Positions 25,346 through 39,396 of a stretch of DNA of 64,000 nucleotides are shown piece after piece. Source of the DNA: Marsupella aquatica. Lineage: Eukaryota > Plantae > Marchantiophyta. The notes beneath the pieces are model-generated. The model ran no database searches. It saw only the letters and a list, made by a program, of their open reading frames with translations, and was not told the origin of the DNA. Position numbers and translations under genes: made by a program. The stretch covers positions 21,967,722-22,031,721 of the forward strand of contig OZ316896.1 in NCBI GenBank assembly GCA_973895155.1, in the 5' to 3' direction. Position 1 is the stretch's first letter. Each line of letters starts with the position of its first letter.

Positions 25346-27235
25346 GGGTGGCTTTACAAAAAGTTGTTGGCCAGTTGTTTCTTTTTGTTCTGCTGAGATT
25401 AAATCTAGACCGCATAATGAGTGGAACGGGATGCTGGGATGCTGTTTGCTTTACACAAACTTGGGGACCCATTCTGGTATGGTGTCTACCAACCCTACAT
25501 GGCAAGTAATCCTGCAAGTAGTACCCTTTAAGCTTAAACAACATGATCTTGCCACCTGCAATTTATTTATTGTTTCCTTCTAATATGTAATTAATGCTTC
25601 CTACTTTTGGAAACATATTCATGGAGACACCTCACTGACCTAGCAATTTTTACTCTGTGTTCTTTGTTGTTTTTGGGCATGGAAGAAATTCAAGACTTAA
25701 TGGACTAAGTGCATTTTTGGGAGGTGAGACTTAGATAAGACAAACTCTACTGTATGTAGAGTTGGACGGAAGCTTACTCAGTAGGAAATACCGGAAGCAG
25801 AAAAGTTTTGATGGTGAACAGCATAAATGGGCAAAAGATACTCCGATGGACCTCAAGGTTTCTTGATGTTCTTTGCTCGGTTCTTCGATGGACCATCCAA
25901 ATCAGCATTGAAATTTGCTCCCAGAGCACTCTTTACATTTGAAGATTGAATTTAAGTAAGGTGTAAGCCAAAATCTGCTGGGTATTGTGGATGGTTATCT
26001 TTTCAAGCTGCCTGTGTTTCTTTATTGCAACTTACTGCTCAATGTCTCACCACACCACCCTTCAGCTCATTTAGAAATGGCATCGAAAGTAATGAGCTTC
26101 CAACAACTAAGGCAATTTTCATTTCATTACAAGAGTGCTGAAAGCAAGTTATGTTTTCAAACATACTCCACTTGCCCTTAATTTCCCTCTCCCAGGCTCC
26201 CTTTATTGAGTTGCTTTGGCTTTGGGTCCCTGTCTCCAGGTTTGGTGTTTTTGGTTCTTTGCCAATGTTTTATATACTTGGCTAGCCAGCCAATATGAAG
26301 TATCCAAAATGCATGGCTCAGGGGCAATTCATGGAAAGGTCAAACTGAAATACTTAAATTTAATACAAAGTCAACAATTGAAATGAGTTTCAAAGGAATT
26401 TGAAGTGTCAACTCTGAATTTACTTACACAGTGGAGTTGTGAATGGCACAAGAATGCAACATTAGATTATACTTTGCAGTGAATTCAAGATATTCACCAT
26501 TTCCCATAAGTTAGAAATTGCAAGGCAGCAAAGACCTCATGTCTGAGGGATCTTTTTATGTATTTGATCCTAGAGTTATGTGTATTATGGGTGTGCAAAT
26601 AAGCTGTAAAATTAGCAATTAATAAAGGCAGATGGAAAACATTCATTGCCAGTTTCAGTGATTTTGATGGATATGGATTTTGCAATCTTCAATGGGAAGA
26701 CATTCCTGTTTCTGGAGATTAGATCAAGAGCCCAAATCAAGAGATTGCACATGCAATGTATAATTTGTATGCAGTCTTCACCAAGGCCTTGATGGCACCC
26801 ATGAGCTGTGGAATTGCTTGAATTGAAGGTATTGTCAATATATCTATTTCTTGACTTCACTGATTTAATTCGGTTCTACTAGTGTGTAGCTATTGCATCA
26901 GAGAATTCTAGTCATCTTATACTGTAATTCCAAGCCTATGGAATTTAGGTTGCTAGCTTCTAGTCAAAGTCCTAGGGCCAAAAGCAAACAGGCCAAAATG
27001 TACACAGGGGTCACTAATTCAGGCAAGATTTCAGGTCCCCAGATTTTCACAACCACAACAATGTACTAGAAGGCTTACTTTGAAATGCACAATCAGGTGC
27101 ACAATGATAACGCAAGTAACAACTTTTGATTGTTAACTTCTTGGATTCCATGACCTTGATCAGGACATGTGAGAGCCAAACAACAACATCATATTGTTAT
27201 CTCACTTTGCACGGAAAAGTGTTATTACTGACAAT

Positions 27236-30200
27236 ATGGAGTCCAAGTTGTCGTTACGAACTCCAAGACAGCCAAGTACAATGCAAGGATGTAGAAGGTT
27301 ACTCTCTAGGCCAAGCACAATGCAAACTTCTTGGAGCTCAAGGACAACTTTACCAGCAAGTCAACGCAAGTCCGCCAATTTTAAAGACTATCAAAATTCA
27401 TTTTGGAGGCCTCATACAACTGGGGAAAGGTCAAGACCAACATCAAGGAATCCAACCCATGCAGATATTTTCATGGAGGGAATGACACCATTACGAACTA
27501 AAAGCATCCCACAACCTCATACCTTTCAAGACCATTGGGCACCATTAAAGGTGGGAAGCCCTCAAACTACACAACTAGATAGGAGACCTATGTCGTTAGC
27601 ACAAAGGCCCCGCACAAGTAGTACCAATACAAGAATAGAGTCAAATGTTCAACTTGCATCAAAATTCAGCAGGCCTCACACAGCAACAGGAGACCCCAGA
27701 GCAACAACAGAATACCTCCCTCCATCAAACATTTTCAATGATTCTAATCAGAAGACAAAATTCCAGTCCGTCAAGTCATACTCCTCCCCAAGGTTTAGTT
27801 TGAAGGAAGTGTCACCTCCTGGCTCACCTAAACAATCTATCTTTGATGCTCGCTCGCTCAAGTATCCAAAGAATTTAAAGGAATCCCCTCAATTTGGTAG
27901 GCCCTCATCACCTTCAAGGGCCAAGGCTCCCACAAATTATTTGCTTGACCCAAGCCTCAATCTTCGAAGCCAAAGCATAAATAATGATTTCAAAGTGAAC
28001 AGTGATAATGCTTTGGAGTCACTTGTCACTCAAATGCCTTTGCCTCCACCACCATCGAGCCATGAGTCATCAACACCTTCAACAACAAAGATGTTACGGA
28101 AGCAGATTGAAGCTGCTCTAAGGATGTACCCACGAAACACTTGGGGCCCCGTAACAAAATGGGGATACCAAGAGGACTTGGCCCCTGGTATGCAACAGCA
28201 AAAAAATCATTTTATCAATAACAATGTAAGTTAAATCTGTTGTTCTTTCCCTCCTTCACACTGTAGGAATAAATGTAGAGGATTTGAAAGGTTCAATATT
28301 TGGTTGCTATGAAGGTTTCTAGTGAGTCTGATTTAATACCTTTTACTTTCTTCTTGGGTTAGGGGGCGGCAAGAATGAGGGACTCTTTAGTGACCTGTCA
28401 TGAGCTTATGGTTAACAGTATGGAATGCAATGCCAGATACATGATTCCTCACGTATCGAGAATGAAGTTTGTTGGCCCTTTTTGTTTCACAGGATCTTGA
28501 AGAATGATGGCTTACTATTGAATTTAGGACTACCAGTGGAAAGCCCAAATCCCATGATTAATTGCAGATTACCAAGGAAATTATTGAAGTGGTTATAGTT
28601 ATTTGTTTTGACACAAATCTACCTCTGCTTTCTTGACAATTTCAGGAGAAATTGGAAAAACAAAGACTAGCATCTAGAAATTTTGGTCATAAAAGGCATT
28701 GGGTCAAATTCAAGAACCTTACAAACCTCTGGGAGCAACACGAGGCTCGTCAGAGTACATCATATGCTGATGAGAAAGAACGGTTTTTGACTAATTCTGA
28801 GAAAATGCTACGTCTTCAGAATGAGAAGAGGATTGCAAGAGCCAAAGTATGTATCAATCACACAAGGCCATAAGCTATGATTGAAATAATGATTCTGATA
28901 TTAGTATATAAGTTATTAAAAAAAAATTTTAAAAATTGACCCTCCATTCATCAAAAGTATGTCTGTTGTATACTGCAGTGAATTACCCTAATGTGTCCAA
29001 TATTTTAGAACCTGAGCTTCCAAAAGGGCAGGGAACTATTGGACCATGTTCTTGAAACCTTATGTTTTGAAGCATCCTTAGGTTCTCACTTCATAATTGA
29101 GATGTTTGTCAACAAATACAGTACTCACAATATGTGCATAGTGCATGCACTTTCTGTTTTATGCCGTGCAAATGCTGGCATAGAAATTCTGTGGATAATA
29201 TAAACTGGCAATTAATTATTCAAACTTAAGGTGATTTCAGAATCAGAACAGTTTGGTTTTTGTCCAAAAATGAAGCTTATTGACACTAGAATCAGACAAG
29301 TTTGTTTATATGTCAGAGGAAAGTTAATATTGTATCCAGACTGAGAATTGAATACAACAACCTACTTATGCAACAAATATTTATAGCATTGACAAAATTG
29401 CGCAATAGTTTCTGCAATATGAAGTGTCTAAGCTTCAACACTACAAAAATTTCACAACCACTCATGAAATGGGAATATCATGTGTTAATCCAGCATTCTT
29501 TGGTGTATGAATTCATGGGTAAAATTGTGAAGTGCGTTATAATCATCTTGCTGTTGGTTTGTGTGCATATTAAAAAAAATACCTTCTTGTACCTTTTATA
29601 TGGCAGGGCATCATCAAGGCTCGTAGGGAGAAGAACATATGGCATGAATTCAAGAGGTTGGAAAAGAGGGAAGGGGAGTATATTGATCAAATGAATATTG
29701 AACAAAATCTGCGAGAAGATGGTCGAACCAGGTCAAATGATAGTGGAGTTGTTTACAACATTGTTACTCTTGAATATCCTAACAACTATGCTGGAGACTT
29801 GCTAAGATTTGAGGATGCTCAAATAAGGTACTATTAAACAACACAATTATCTGGATTAGGTTTTGTTCAATACACAATTTCAGTTTTGGTCCTGTTTGTG
29901 TACATTTCAACCACTCTCAATTTTGTGTGGATAAACACAGGATTGGTTCCTCTTGACATAATGCTCATGAGAGAGTTTGTATACTTGAGCACTAGTTTTG
30001 GGTAATTTCTTGAATATAATAATTTTAGTTTCCCTTTCTGATATAGCAATTCTCATTGAAAGCATCCACTCACTAGAACAAGAGAGAAATAATGTCTTTC
30101 ATTTTACATGTGAACAAATGCAATGTCATGTTCTTCACTCAATGTTAAATGCTAATCATCTCATTGAAATAACTTGCAAATATAGTATGAACTAGCTAAA

Positions 30201-30710
30201 ATTGTTTTGAAATGATTATATCAAAGGATGTTCTAGAAGATATTTGGATTCCAAGCAAATGGTTTTACAAAGTGAAGTTGTGTGACACACACAGAGACTT
30301 ATGTTTATTTGATGAAAGGATCCACTTTGTTAGGTTATGCCATGTTACTCCTGCAAGGATATTGTCATTATTTTGGGTAGGATAAATAAAATAATATTTC
30401 AGATTATATAGGCAATAGCTAAGTAGATTTTTATACCATGGTTCTGTGCAGATGGCGTCAATGCATGAGAGCTCTACGGATTCAATCTAAGCAAAGCGGA
30501 GCTCGTATGCTCAATGTTGTGTCTTGGAAACCCCATAAACCTTGCTGTGTGCCTCCACCAAAGCCGAATGCTCCTCAACCCCCTGATCCGAGCTTAGCCC
30601 CTTCCCCGAGGAAACCTGAACTTCCTTTACCCAAAAACATGCTACATCTTGAGGAAAGGTGTGACAATGTGCCTGTAGGTTGTACAAATGATATGAGGAC
30701 TGACTGGTAG
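27236..30710 (+). CDS. Uncharacterised protein, 5 exons (27236-28225, 28363-28452, 28646-28846, 29607-29827, 30452-30710)
   Basis: All exons join in phase at GT-AG sites with no stops. Ser/Pro/Arg-rich N-terminus with RPHT/RPST motifs, charged helical middle, then YNIVTLEY..GDLLRFED..RALR..LNVVSW. Confidence 0.8.
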
Positions 30711-31842
30711 CCCTGCTGGTAGCTAGGCCTGTGTCATCCTTTGCAACATTACTAGGTAATTTTAGCAACTCGTTTACAAGCTAGCTGCATAGACGAGCAT
30801 CCAGCAGTATAATTATGGTTATTGAGAAGTTAGGAGCCCTTCATTCAACCAAGTAGCCCCCTGAGTGACGACGTGCCCAAATTAAAGGTTGCAGAGAAGA
30901 GCCCAATTTATGAGGCCGGAGAAAATCTCACCGGAGCAAATACACCATCCCGTTCCTCATCTTTTGATAAGTTGCTCAAAAGCTCTAATAATCAATAACA
31001 ATTTTGATCTGTAGGCATAGGTTAAGTGTAAAATGTTATTGAGAGATACTGCACTTCACAGTGAAGAATCTATCTTTTAGTGATATTAATCCTTCATTTT
31101 TGGGAAGTTGTATTATTATGTTTTTTGACACAGTACCTATTTCTTCACCTTGCTTGTTGAATGGCTAGAGCTAACACGTAGATTATAGTACTCCACAAGG
31201 GGACCATACACTTAGAAGAATGTGCAGTCTGGACAGTCAACAGTGTAGGAAAAATGCACTGATGCACAATGGGGGGGGGGGGGGAGGCTCTGAGACCCTT
31301 CAAATCAAAGCTGGAAAGGAGGGGGAGTATATCCTGCATTTCACAAGAAAACTTCTCCTTTGTTCCATGTCTAGAATGGGACAATCATGACAAAATCTTC
31401 CACAAAGTTAGTTTAGAGATTTTAATACATTTATGCAGCAAGTATATGGCTAGTAGCTCACTGTCTGGGAAGTTGGAGGGGGTACCTACCAAAGTTGTAG
31501 GCTATTAAAAACCAGCAGATATAAATACCTTGATCCAAGGCAAGAGCCAAAGGATGGCAATTTTTAGACCACCTCTGGAGATGATCTAAAATTCTAGAGA
31601 AAATAAGCACCGAGAGAAGCACTCCAGATATATCAGCATTCCCTTGGGCCTACTACTTGCCACCTAGCTTCAGTAGACACCATACCTGAATGTTTCCCCC
31701 ATTTGTTGTAAAACCAACTGCAGTCATTTCCATGCATTCAACTAATATCCAAACTTAATCTCAGAGTGAACATTAAAGAGAAACAATGGGGCATGGGCAT
31801 CTTTAAAGTGACCTTTAGTGAGATGACGTCTCCTTTCAATTG

Positions 31843-32500
31843 TGTTAGTTTTGTTTCTTGCTAGATAATTTGGTCGATCTGATTGAAAGTTACCTTCAGT
31901 GTTTACATCAAGATTCTTAGAATATTCTTAAATTTTACTTAACAAATTCTCTAGATATTTCACAAGTACCCCTAGATATTTGTCAGTGGGGCCCAAAATT
32001 TAATAATAATCTGTTTATTGTGAATACACTAAGGTAAAAAGGGTATTTTGAGACTAAGTATTAATGGTCTAAGGTATTTACTCCTAACAGGAACCAAACC
32101 CATTAACCTTTGGAGAGGGACACAAGAAGCAGTATAGGGTTTAGGGTTGCGGGACCCTAGGCTGTGAACAGCTCTTTATTAGTTAGTTGGACAAGAAGAG
32201 ACATACAGTAGGCTTTGAATCCTAGCTTCACATGGAGTTATTAAAGTAGTTAGATGGCGTCTCTATATATAGCACACAACCAAGGAACACAATGTGACAA
32301 GCCTAGAGACACAATCCCAAAGGGAGGAGACCCAATAATGGGAAGAAAACTAGAGGAGAACACCCCCACTGATCAAAGATCAAGGATCCCAAAAGATCAA
32401 GAATCCCAACAATAGCCCCCCACAACTGCAAACTAAATCCCCTGCTTGGTTGCAAAACTGGAAAGCCTGGTTAAGCTAAAATAACATACAGTCGGATGCA
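31843..32500 (-). mobile_element. Degraded LTR-retrotransposon fragments
   Basis: TGTTAG...CTCCTAACA segment at 31843-32089; CCCAACA-ATAGCCCCCC near 32411 reads as PPT plus TGTTGGG LTR start on the minus strand. No TSD found. Confidence 0.4.
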
Positions 32501-34585
32501 AAATGAAAAGAGGGTCTTTAAACTGTAAGTAAATCATAATTTTTGTGAGCAAGGAAGGGTATTGGTAGGGAGGCAGTCACCCCTGTGGTTCTTTCTGTCA
32601 TTGATTTGGCTGAGTTTTGGAGTTATAGTGAGTTTCTAGGACTCCACATGGCTAGCACAACCGCTAGCCAAAATAGGTCAACGACTCAGGTTTTCTAAAC
32701 AAATGGTACAAGTTTTGGATAGCAAGAGACTAGTATGTTAGCAAAGTGGTACATATATTTGGTGGTTTTCCTCATAAGAGGAAAAAATGCCAATAGAGTT
32801 TTCTGCACTATCTTGTGTGAGTTGACCATTATTCTCACTTGACTTCAGGGTGAGTTGAGGTTCAAGTCCAGCTTCGACTACTCACACATAGAATATAGGC
32901 TCAAACTACAAGAAGGCTCCCAGAGGTGCTTTATCATCACATGAGCTGGTTCACACTATTAGAGAACTCTTCGTTAACAGTTTTGTGACTCAGCCATCCC
33001 GGGGTCCTCATGTACTTCTTCCAACCCATCACCCGCAAATAAGTATAGGATTTTTTAATAGGTCTAGTAAAAAACCGATAAATTTTGTGGAAGAATAATA
33101 GGGGTGTTTCAATCCAATTTTGAGAATTATAATGATTATAGTGTTTCTTAAAACCAAATATGAAAATATTCCAAAAATATTCCAAAAAGTTAGGGCTAGA
33201 AAAATCCCTTAAAAAAACTTTATTTACTTATGGTTTAGGGTGTTTATTTTTCCCAACATTTTGCGCATGATATGGGACCCACATGGAGTGAGGCCCTCAC
33301 TCAGCCATGTCAAACATGATTTCATGGTTTATCAAGTTTTGGGGGAGAGATATACAAGCTCAATGGACCCATAAATTGAAAAATGTTACTTGATGGACCA
33401 CAGGAGGCCCCATGAGATTTGGGGTACATTAATTTAATATCTATCAGCTATCTGGATCACTTATGAATTCCATCAAGTGATACTTCATTTTGGGGGTCTA
33501 TCATGTAATCTATTAGTTTTGGGCTGTTAAGGGGTCTTTTATTTTTACTTTATGCCTTGAAACCCAAAGTAGACTCATCCAACAGAGGATAGACTTTCTA
33601 TTATGGACCATGGCCCCAAACTGGCCAGCTAGAGGCCAAGCAGAAACCACTACTCCTGCCGCTACACCCCATCCATGTACACACAAAGTTTTGGGGTGTT
33701 AGGGGTCTTTTAATCCAATTCCTTTGCACATGGGTGTAGTGCAGCAAATTTTTTAAGGATTTCACTTTTTGCCAGAGTGACAAATGTAAAGTGTGTGAAA
33801 GAGAAGATGCTCAAAAGATTCACAATTCAATTATTTCCCTGACCATCAGATGTCCCTAGATTTAAGGCTGACCGTTAGATTCTGGCTAATGGGGCCTGGG
33901 ATTAGGTGGAACACTGGCTAATGAGACAGCAAAATTGTAGCAAATTTTCGCCAAAAGTGATGAAAGATTTTTGGGGAGGTGGAATCTAGCAAATTTTCGC
34001 CACTAAAAAAAACACTGGTGTAGTGTGTTCACTTTTAGGAAAAAATCCTGTTGGCTTCCACACTACTATACCCAACTGAAAAAGCCTGAAAAAACAACAC
34101 ATGAGGGAGGAATTTGACTGGACACCCTAAAACCAACAGATGGGTCTCACTCGATTGCGTTTGTCTTGTGTCTCCCTGAATGATTTGCCTTGTTTGAAGA
34201 TCAGTGTAGACGAGGTGATACAAGAGAGAGACGAGAAATGAGTGTCGTTCAGCCGTCAGTTCAATCCTTCCCGTTTCTCACCTTTCAATTGGATCTCCTT
34301 CCTTTTCTACATTGCAATGGGGAGTTTGTGGGGAGGGAGTTTTTTCCCCCTTGCCTCCTTGATATTAATGAGCGAACGGCCGGCTGGAGCATTGTCAGGA
34401 AGGATAAGGAGCTGAGATCATCACCTGGATTTTGCAGCTTATTCAGGATGGCTGAACAGAACAGCTTGTGGGCAGGGAGTTTTTCCCCTGGCCTCCTCGA
34501 TTTCATTCCGCAAACGTCCGGGTGGAGCCTTGTCAAGAAAGAGGAGGAGCTGAGATCATCACCTGGATTTTGCAGCTTATTCAGG

Positions 34586-36976
34586 ATGGCGGAACAGAAC
34601 AGTTGCTGCGAAAGGCGAGGGCCAAAGGAGTAAAAGAAACCTGAAGAGTTAGGTCAATGCTTTTTTCGAGAATGATGATAATCAGGCTTGTTTGGATTCC
34701 TTCTTGCCGAGTGTAGTGTGTAGAAGACTTGAAATGGTTGTGTTATTGTTCATTGTGCACTCTTTAGTTAGCTTATCTCTGGAAGAGAACAGTTCCGTCA
34801 AATGGAGAGGGTCAAAGAATGGGAAAGAGAAACCTAAAGAGTTAGGTCAATGCTGTCTTCGACAGTGACGATAATGAGGCTGCTATGGATTCCTTTTTAC
34901 CGGGGGTAGAGTGTAGACGAACTCGTTTTGCTATTCTACATTGTGCACTCTTTAGTTGGTTTATGTTTCATTTTCATTGTTCATCTTCGTTCTCACTTGA
35001 ATTTGAAGCTCTTCGCGCTCTTCTTCGTCGTTCTTGACAGTCAGACCTGGGGACAAGGGTCTTGTAGCCTTTGATAGTCTTTGACTTTTCCTTTCATGGG
35101 CTCTGTCGTGACCCGATGTTTCTTTCTTCATGTTCGTCTGCGATAGTTTGGGTCCCTGGCAGATGGAAAGAAGGAAAAGGGAAGGGCTAGTCCATGGCTG
35201 GCATTTCAGCCAGAGATGCGGGAAGCTTTTCGTTTTGGCTTACAATCTGTTTTGGATAGACTTTGCCTCGTTATCGTGGGCCCTCGTCAACTGTACGAGG
35301 TACGAATGGCACCTTTCCCCCCCTCTTGAAAAAAGTTTTGTGCATATATCTCATTCGAGACAGGTTGCTAGGAGGTTGCACCATAGCACGGAATGCAGAA
35401 GCGTTTCTTAATGCGTGCCTTCCATTATAGATTTTCGAAGCAAACGGCTCGTAGGTTCTCAAAGTAGAACTTCACATGCTTGAGTCGGTTTCCAGCCGAG
35501 GGCAGCCTCTCAGGCAACCTGTTACACTTTCATGTGTAAATACGGTGTTCGGTTGCGCGCACAGGAATTTCCTGGTTATTATTACTCGCTTCTGGGGCTA
35601 GCCTCAATGATTCGAGTCATGTAACACAAGAAGACATCTTAAAGAAAGCTGGCTATCTGCAGCTGACCTGTTTGTACGTGGACAAGGTTTGTGGAAACAT
35701 TTAGAAAATGTCAAGCATCTATAGAATCCAAAGGGGTCATGATGGTGTCTTGCATGTTGACTGCTAAGTCTGACTGACATTGCCTTGTTCAATTATCTAC
35801 TTTGATCTCTTCTACAGAAATTGTAAGAGCTGGAGTATCTGAAACGAGGGCTGAATTGTGCAGTGCCGACTTTCACATTGCCCATTTTCCTCGTTGCGAA
35901 GGTGTGTTCTCTCTACTATCCTTACGAGTTCCGTCTTTCCTCAATTCTCTCACGGAAGTCTTTTCGTTTTACATACCTTATTTATGGATGGGTTGCTTGG
36001 AATGTTAGTCCACGATAGGGTGAAGGTACATCCGCAACACAAATACCCTGAAAGTTACACCTTTTCGCGCATCTTACAACGGATCTGTCCAGGGTCTCTT
36101 GTTGTAGCGTTTCTGTAAGTGTAGTCTAGAGATGGCTGATATCCAAAAAGCTCACTGGCATCTTGGCGGATTTCTATCTGGTGTTTGCTTTATTTCACTC
36201 AGCCTAGAGATTTGACGGCATGACTCATCGCATGTCTACATGCCCCTGTTTTGTGGACATGACGAGTGCCGGAAACTCATCCTTGTTTGCGACTACTTTA
36301 CCGAGATCAAAAAAGTTTTGGGACCCCTAGTTATCCCGAACTTTTTCAGTAATATGTTTTTCTTTCCTTAGTTGGCCTTCATGTCTCAGTCGCTTGTGCT
36401 GAACTCGTTTATCTTTTGTCATGCAGGCTAGACCCCTAGTTAATCCCGAACTTTTTCAGTAATATATTTTTCTTTCCTTAGTTGGCCTTCATGTCTCAGT
36501 CGCTTGTGCTGAACTCGTTTATCTTTTGTCATGCAGGCTAGACCCGAATCCCCAACAAACATGGACACTTGGTCAGACGGCAATCGATTCACCGGGAGCA
36601 GTGACGCTCGTTACCATTATTCTGGATTTTTTGTGTTCAATAACCTTGAGCCGATTGTGGATCTATCCTGGGCAGCCTCTCTTGAGCAAGGTGCCTCGTT
36701 TGGCCCGCCATGGTTGTAGAATACGTCGAAATGACGCCCAAAGCTGTAACTAATTTGATTAAAGTCAGCCCCTGAAAAGGGTAACCAGGAAAGGGCAGGG
36801 TCGCTAGGGAGCAACCCTGCGTCGTTTTTGCGTTGCAACCGTTTCATCGTCCTTGCTTGCGCTGTCTCTGCCTTGCTCGTCGCGTGTGGAGTGGATATTG
36901 GAGGGGATTGGCTCAGACCGTAGTTGTCGAGGATAAGTTGGTTGAAGAGGAAGCAAAATTGAGCAAGAGCTCAGGG
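34586..36976 (+). pseudogene. Probable decayed multi-exon gene of unknown function
   Basis: Phase-compatible GT-AG exon candidates (MAEQNS..KE*KKPEEL; SLSLEENSS..KPKEL; GKKEKGRASPWLAFQPEMREAFRFGLQSVLDRLCLVIVGPRQLYE; VARRLHH..S*C; IVRAGVSETRAELC) containing in-frame stops. Confidence 0.3.
36323..36545. repeat. Near-identical tandem duplication of ~110 bp including a splice-acceptor-like site
   Basis: gacccctagtta(a)tcccgaactttttcag...atcttttgtcatgcaggcta occurs twice. Confidence 0.9.
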
Positions 36977-37459
36977 GTAAGCAAACCTCCAATGCTCGTT
37001 TTACTCTGTCGCCATGAAATGAACGGCGGATGCCCAACTTTTTGTTTGACTCAAGTTCTATGAACAAAACAATGCAGCTCCTACAGTTCATTCTTAAACA
37101 CATCTGAACCCTCAAGTCCGGACCTGAAAAAGACATTATACTGGATGGGGAGCTGACTAAATCGTTGGTCCTGATGGAGATTCTCTATTTGTTTATTCGG
37201 TAGTTGTCATCCTGCAGTTCTGGAGGTTTTCCTCTCCTCTTTGGTTTGTTATTCTCGTCGGCAATCCACAGAAAGGGTTCGATTGCTTTTGTACGCAGCG
37301 TAAACCTTAACTGTTTATCCTCTACGTTTCTCGATCGTCAATTTGCCATCCTTTATGTACAGGTGGTTTTCTCTCTCTCATGATGTGAACATAGTATTTG
37401 GCTGGTGCAGATCACTGATGTATCATGTACCTTAACTGGAGCCTTTCATGTTAACTTAT

Positions 37460-38090
37460 CATGAGGTTGAGGGTTGTAGTAGAAGATTTCTCGTTGGATT
37501 TCCAATCTAATGGCATTTACCACTGGGCATCAATGATTGGAAATCCTCTCCAGTGAAAAGCTGTGATCATTTGGATGCCAATAGCGACCACTCCAAACTG
37601 AAGAGTTTGGAGCAGCAGCCATGCAACCGTAGGGCTACTTCCACAACGTTCGAGTGCCCCTGTCCTCTTGCTCTACTAAAATCACAGCCCAAGTTTCCTC
37701 CTCTTGCACAATAGAAGCTATCTCTCGCACCGGTCATTGGACTTGACAGGTCGTTTGCTAGCCGCTTTTAAAACCATTCGTAGAAGATTGTATTCACGAA
37801 GTGGTTCAGGGTCGTAGTAGAAGGACTATGTTTGGATTTTTGATCTGATGGCATTTTACCGGTCGAAGGCATTGATGATTGGAGCTCTTCTCTTCAGTGA
37901 AAATCTGCGATCATTTGGATGCCAATAGCAACCGCTTCACACTGAACGGTTCGGAGCAGCGGCCAGACAACCGTAGGGCTACTTCCACAGAGTTCGAGTG
38001 CCTCTGTCCTCTTGCTCTACTAAAATCACAGCCCAAATTTTCTCTTGCAGACTAGAAGCTATGTTCTCTCGCACCCATCATTGTGTCTTG
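37460..38090. repeat. Diverged tandem duplication, ~330-bp period
   Basis: gtagtagaagg/a..gatcatttggatgccaatagc..caaccgtagggctacttccaca..tgtcctcttgctctactaaaatcacagccca occurs twice. Confidence 0.85.
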
Positions 38091-39396
38091 CTGTACTTCA
38101 TGCTCGCTCGCATTTTCAGCAATGGGTCACGGGAATTGACAGATAGTATGCTAGTCCCTTTCTAATTATTCGTAGAAGATCGCAGTTAGACGGTGTTAGG
38201 AATGGGCGCACGTGAGTCCCTGTCAATGTCATACTGTCGTGTCTTTCATCCCTTGTTCCAGATAGCTGTGTCTTTGTGCTTTCCTATTTCACCAATGTGC
38301 TTGCATTCTTTATACCACACCGACAGCCTCTGCGTCCAGAGCTCAGTGATCCACTTTGCTGACTTTGACGTTTGGTGTTAAGCTCTCAGATTTGTGTGCA
38401 CGGCAGAAAAATTCGTGCAAGGTTGAGAGCTTTGTAGACATGTTGGTATTGGCTTGGTGCAACTATTCGGGTGCATCTATCACTGGCATCTCCGTGATGT
38501 CCATTGCACGTGAGGTCGAGCAGTGAACATGGCAAGGAGATCGTTGCAATCCTTCGTGAGACTACGTATTCAGCAAGTCCAGGACGAATTGCTTTAGCAA
38601 CTCATGAAATGATTTAACATCTACTCTTTGAGGACGATCTGTCTGGCTAGGAATCGTTTTAGCAACTCATGAAATGATTTAAAATCTACTCTTTGAGGAC
38701 GATCTGTCTGGCTAGGAATCGTAGCTGGAGCCCGAAAGGCAGGGCAACATTCACATTAAGCAAGATGTTAAGTGTCTGCAATGTTTCTTTTATGGATCGG
38801 CCCCTTCCAAGTACCGCAACCTAGGTGTATTTCTTGTGAAAAGCCCAGCATTGTCTGCGGTCTGCAGACTGCTGCTTAATTGTAAGTGCAATTGCTGTTT
38901 TGAACGAAAATATGGATGTCTAGCCCTATGCCTGTGTGTTTCTCTAGTGTTCATGTGGTAGTTGTGGTGATGCAATGAGTGTGTTGCTTGATTGTGGTTG
39001 TGACCATGTGATTTGGTGATGCCATCATTGGTGCTACTAACCTGTGTGTCACATAATTGTCAAGGTGAAACTCGAACCAATAAAGTATGGGTGAACAACT
39101 AATTGTTGCTTGTTTGAGTATAATGTTCCAACTGCTTCCCCTTCTCCCTCGGGTAATTTTATATATGTGTGGTAAAAGAGGGGTTACATGGGTTCCTAGC
39201 TGGGGTTAGGGAAGTAACCCCGGTATTTTATATATGTGTGTGGTAAAAGAGGGGTTACACGGGTTCCTAGCTGGGGTTAGGGAAGTAACCCCAGTGACGT
39301 AACAGGTATAGTTTAACATTGCTCTGGTTTTTTGTGTAGTTATGGTTACAGATTGTCATTTTGGTAGGGTGATTGTCATGTAAACATCATTAACTC

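Noticed and set aside
34670-34735. C/D box snoRNA (ATGATGA)
   Set aside because: No clear CTGA D box or terminal stem; motif is degenerate in the duplicate copy.
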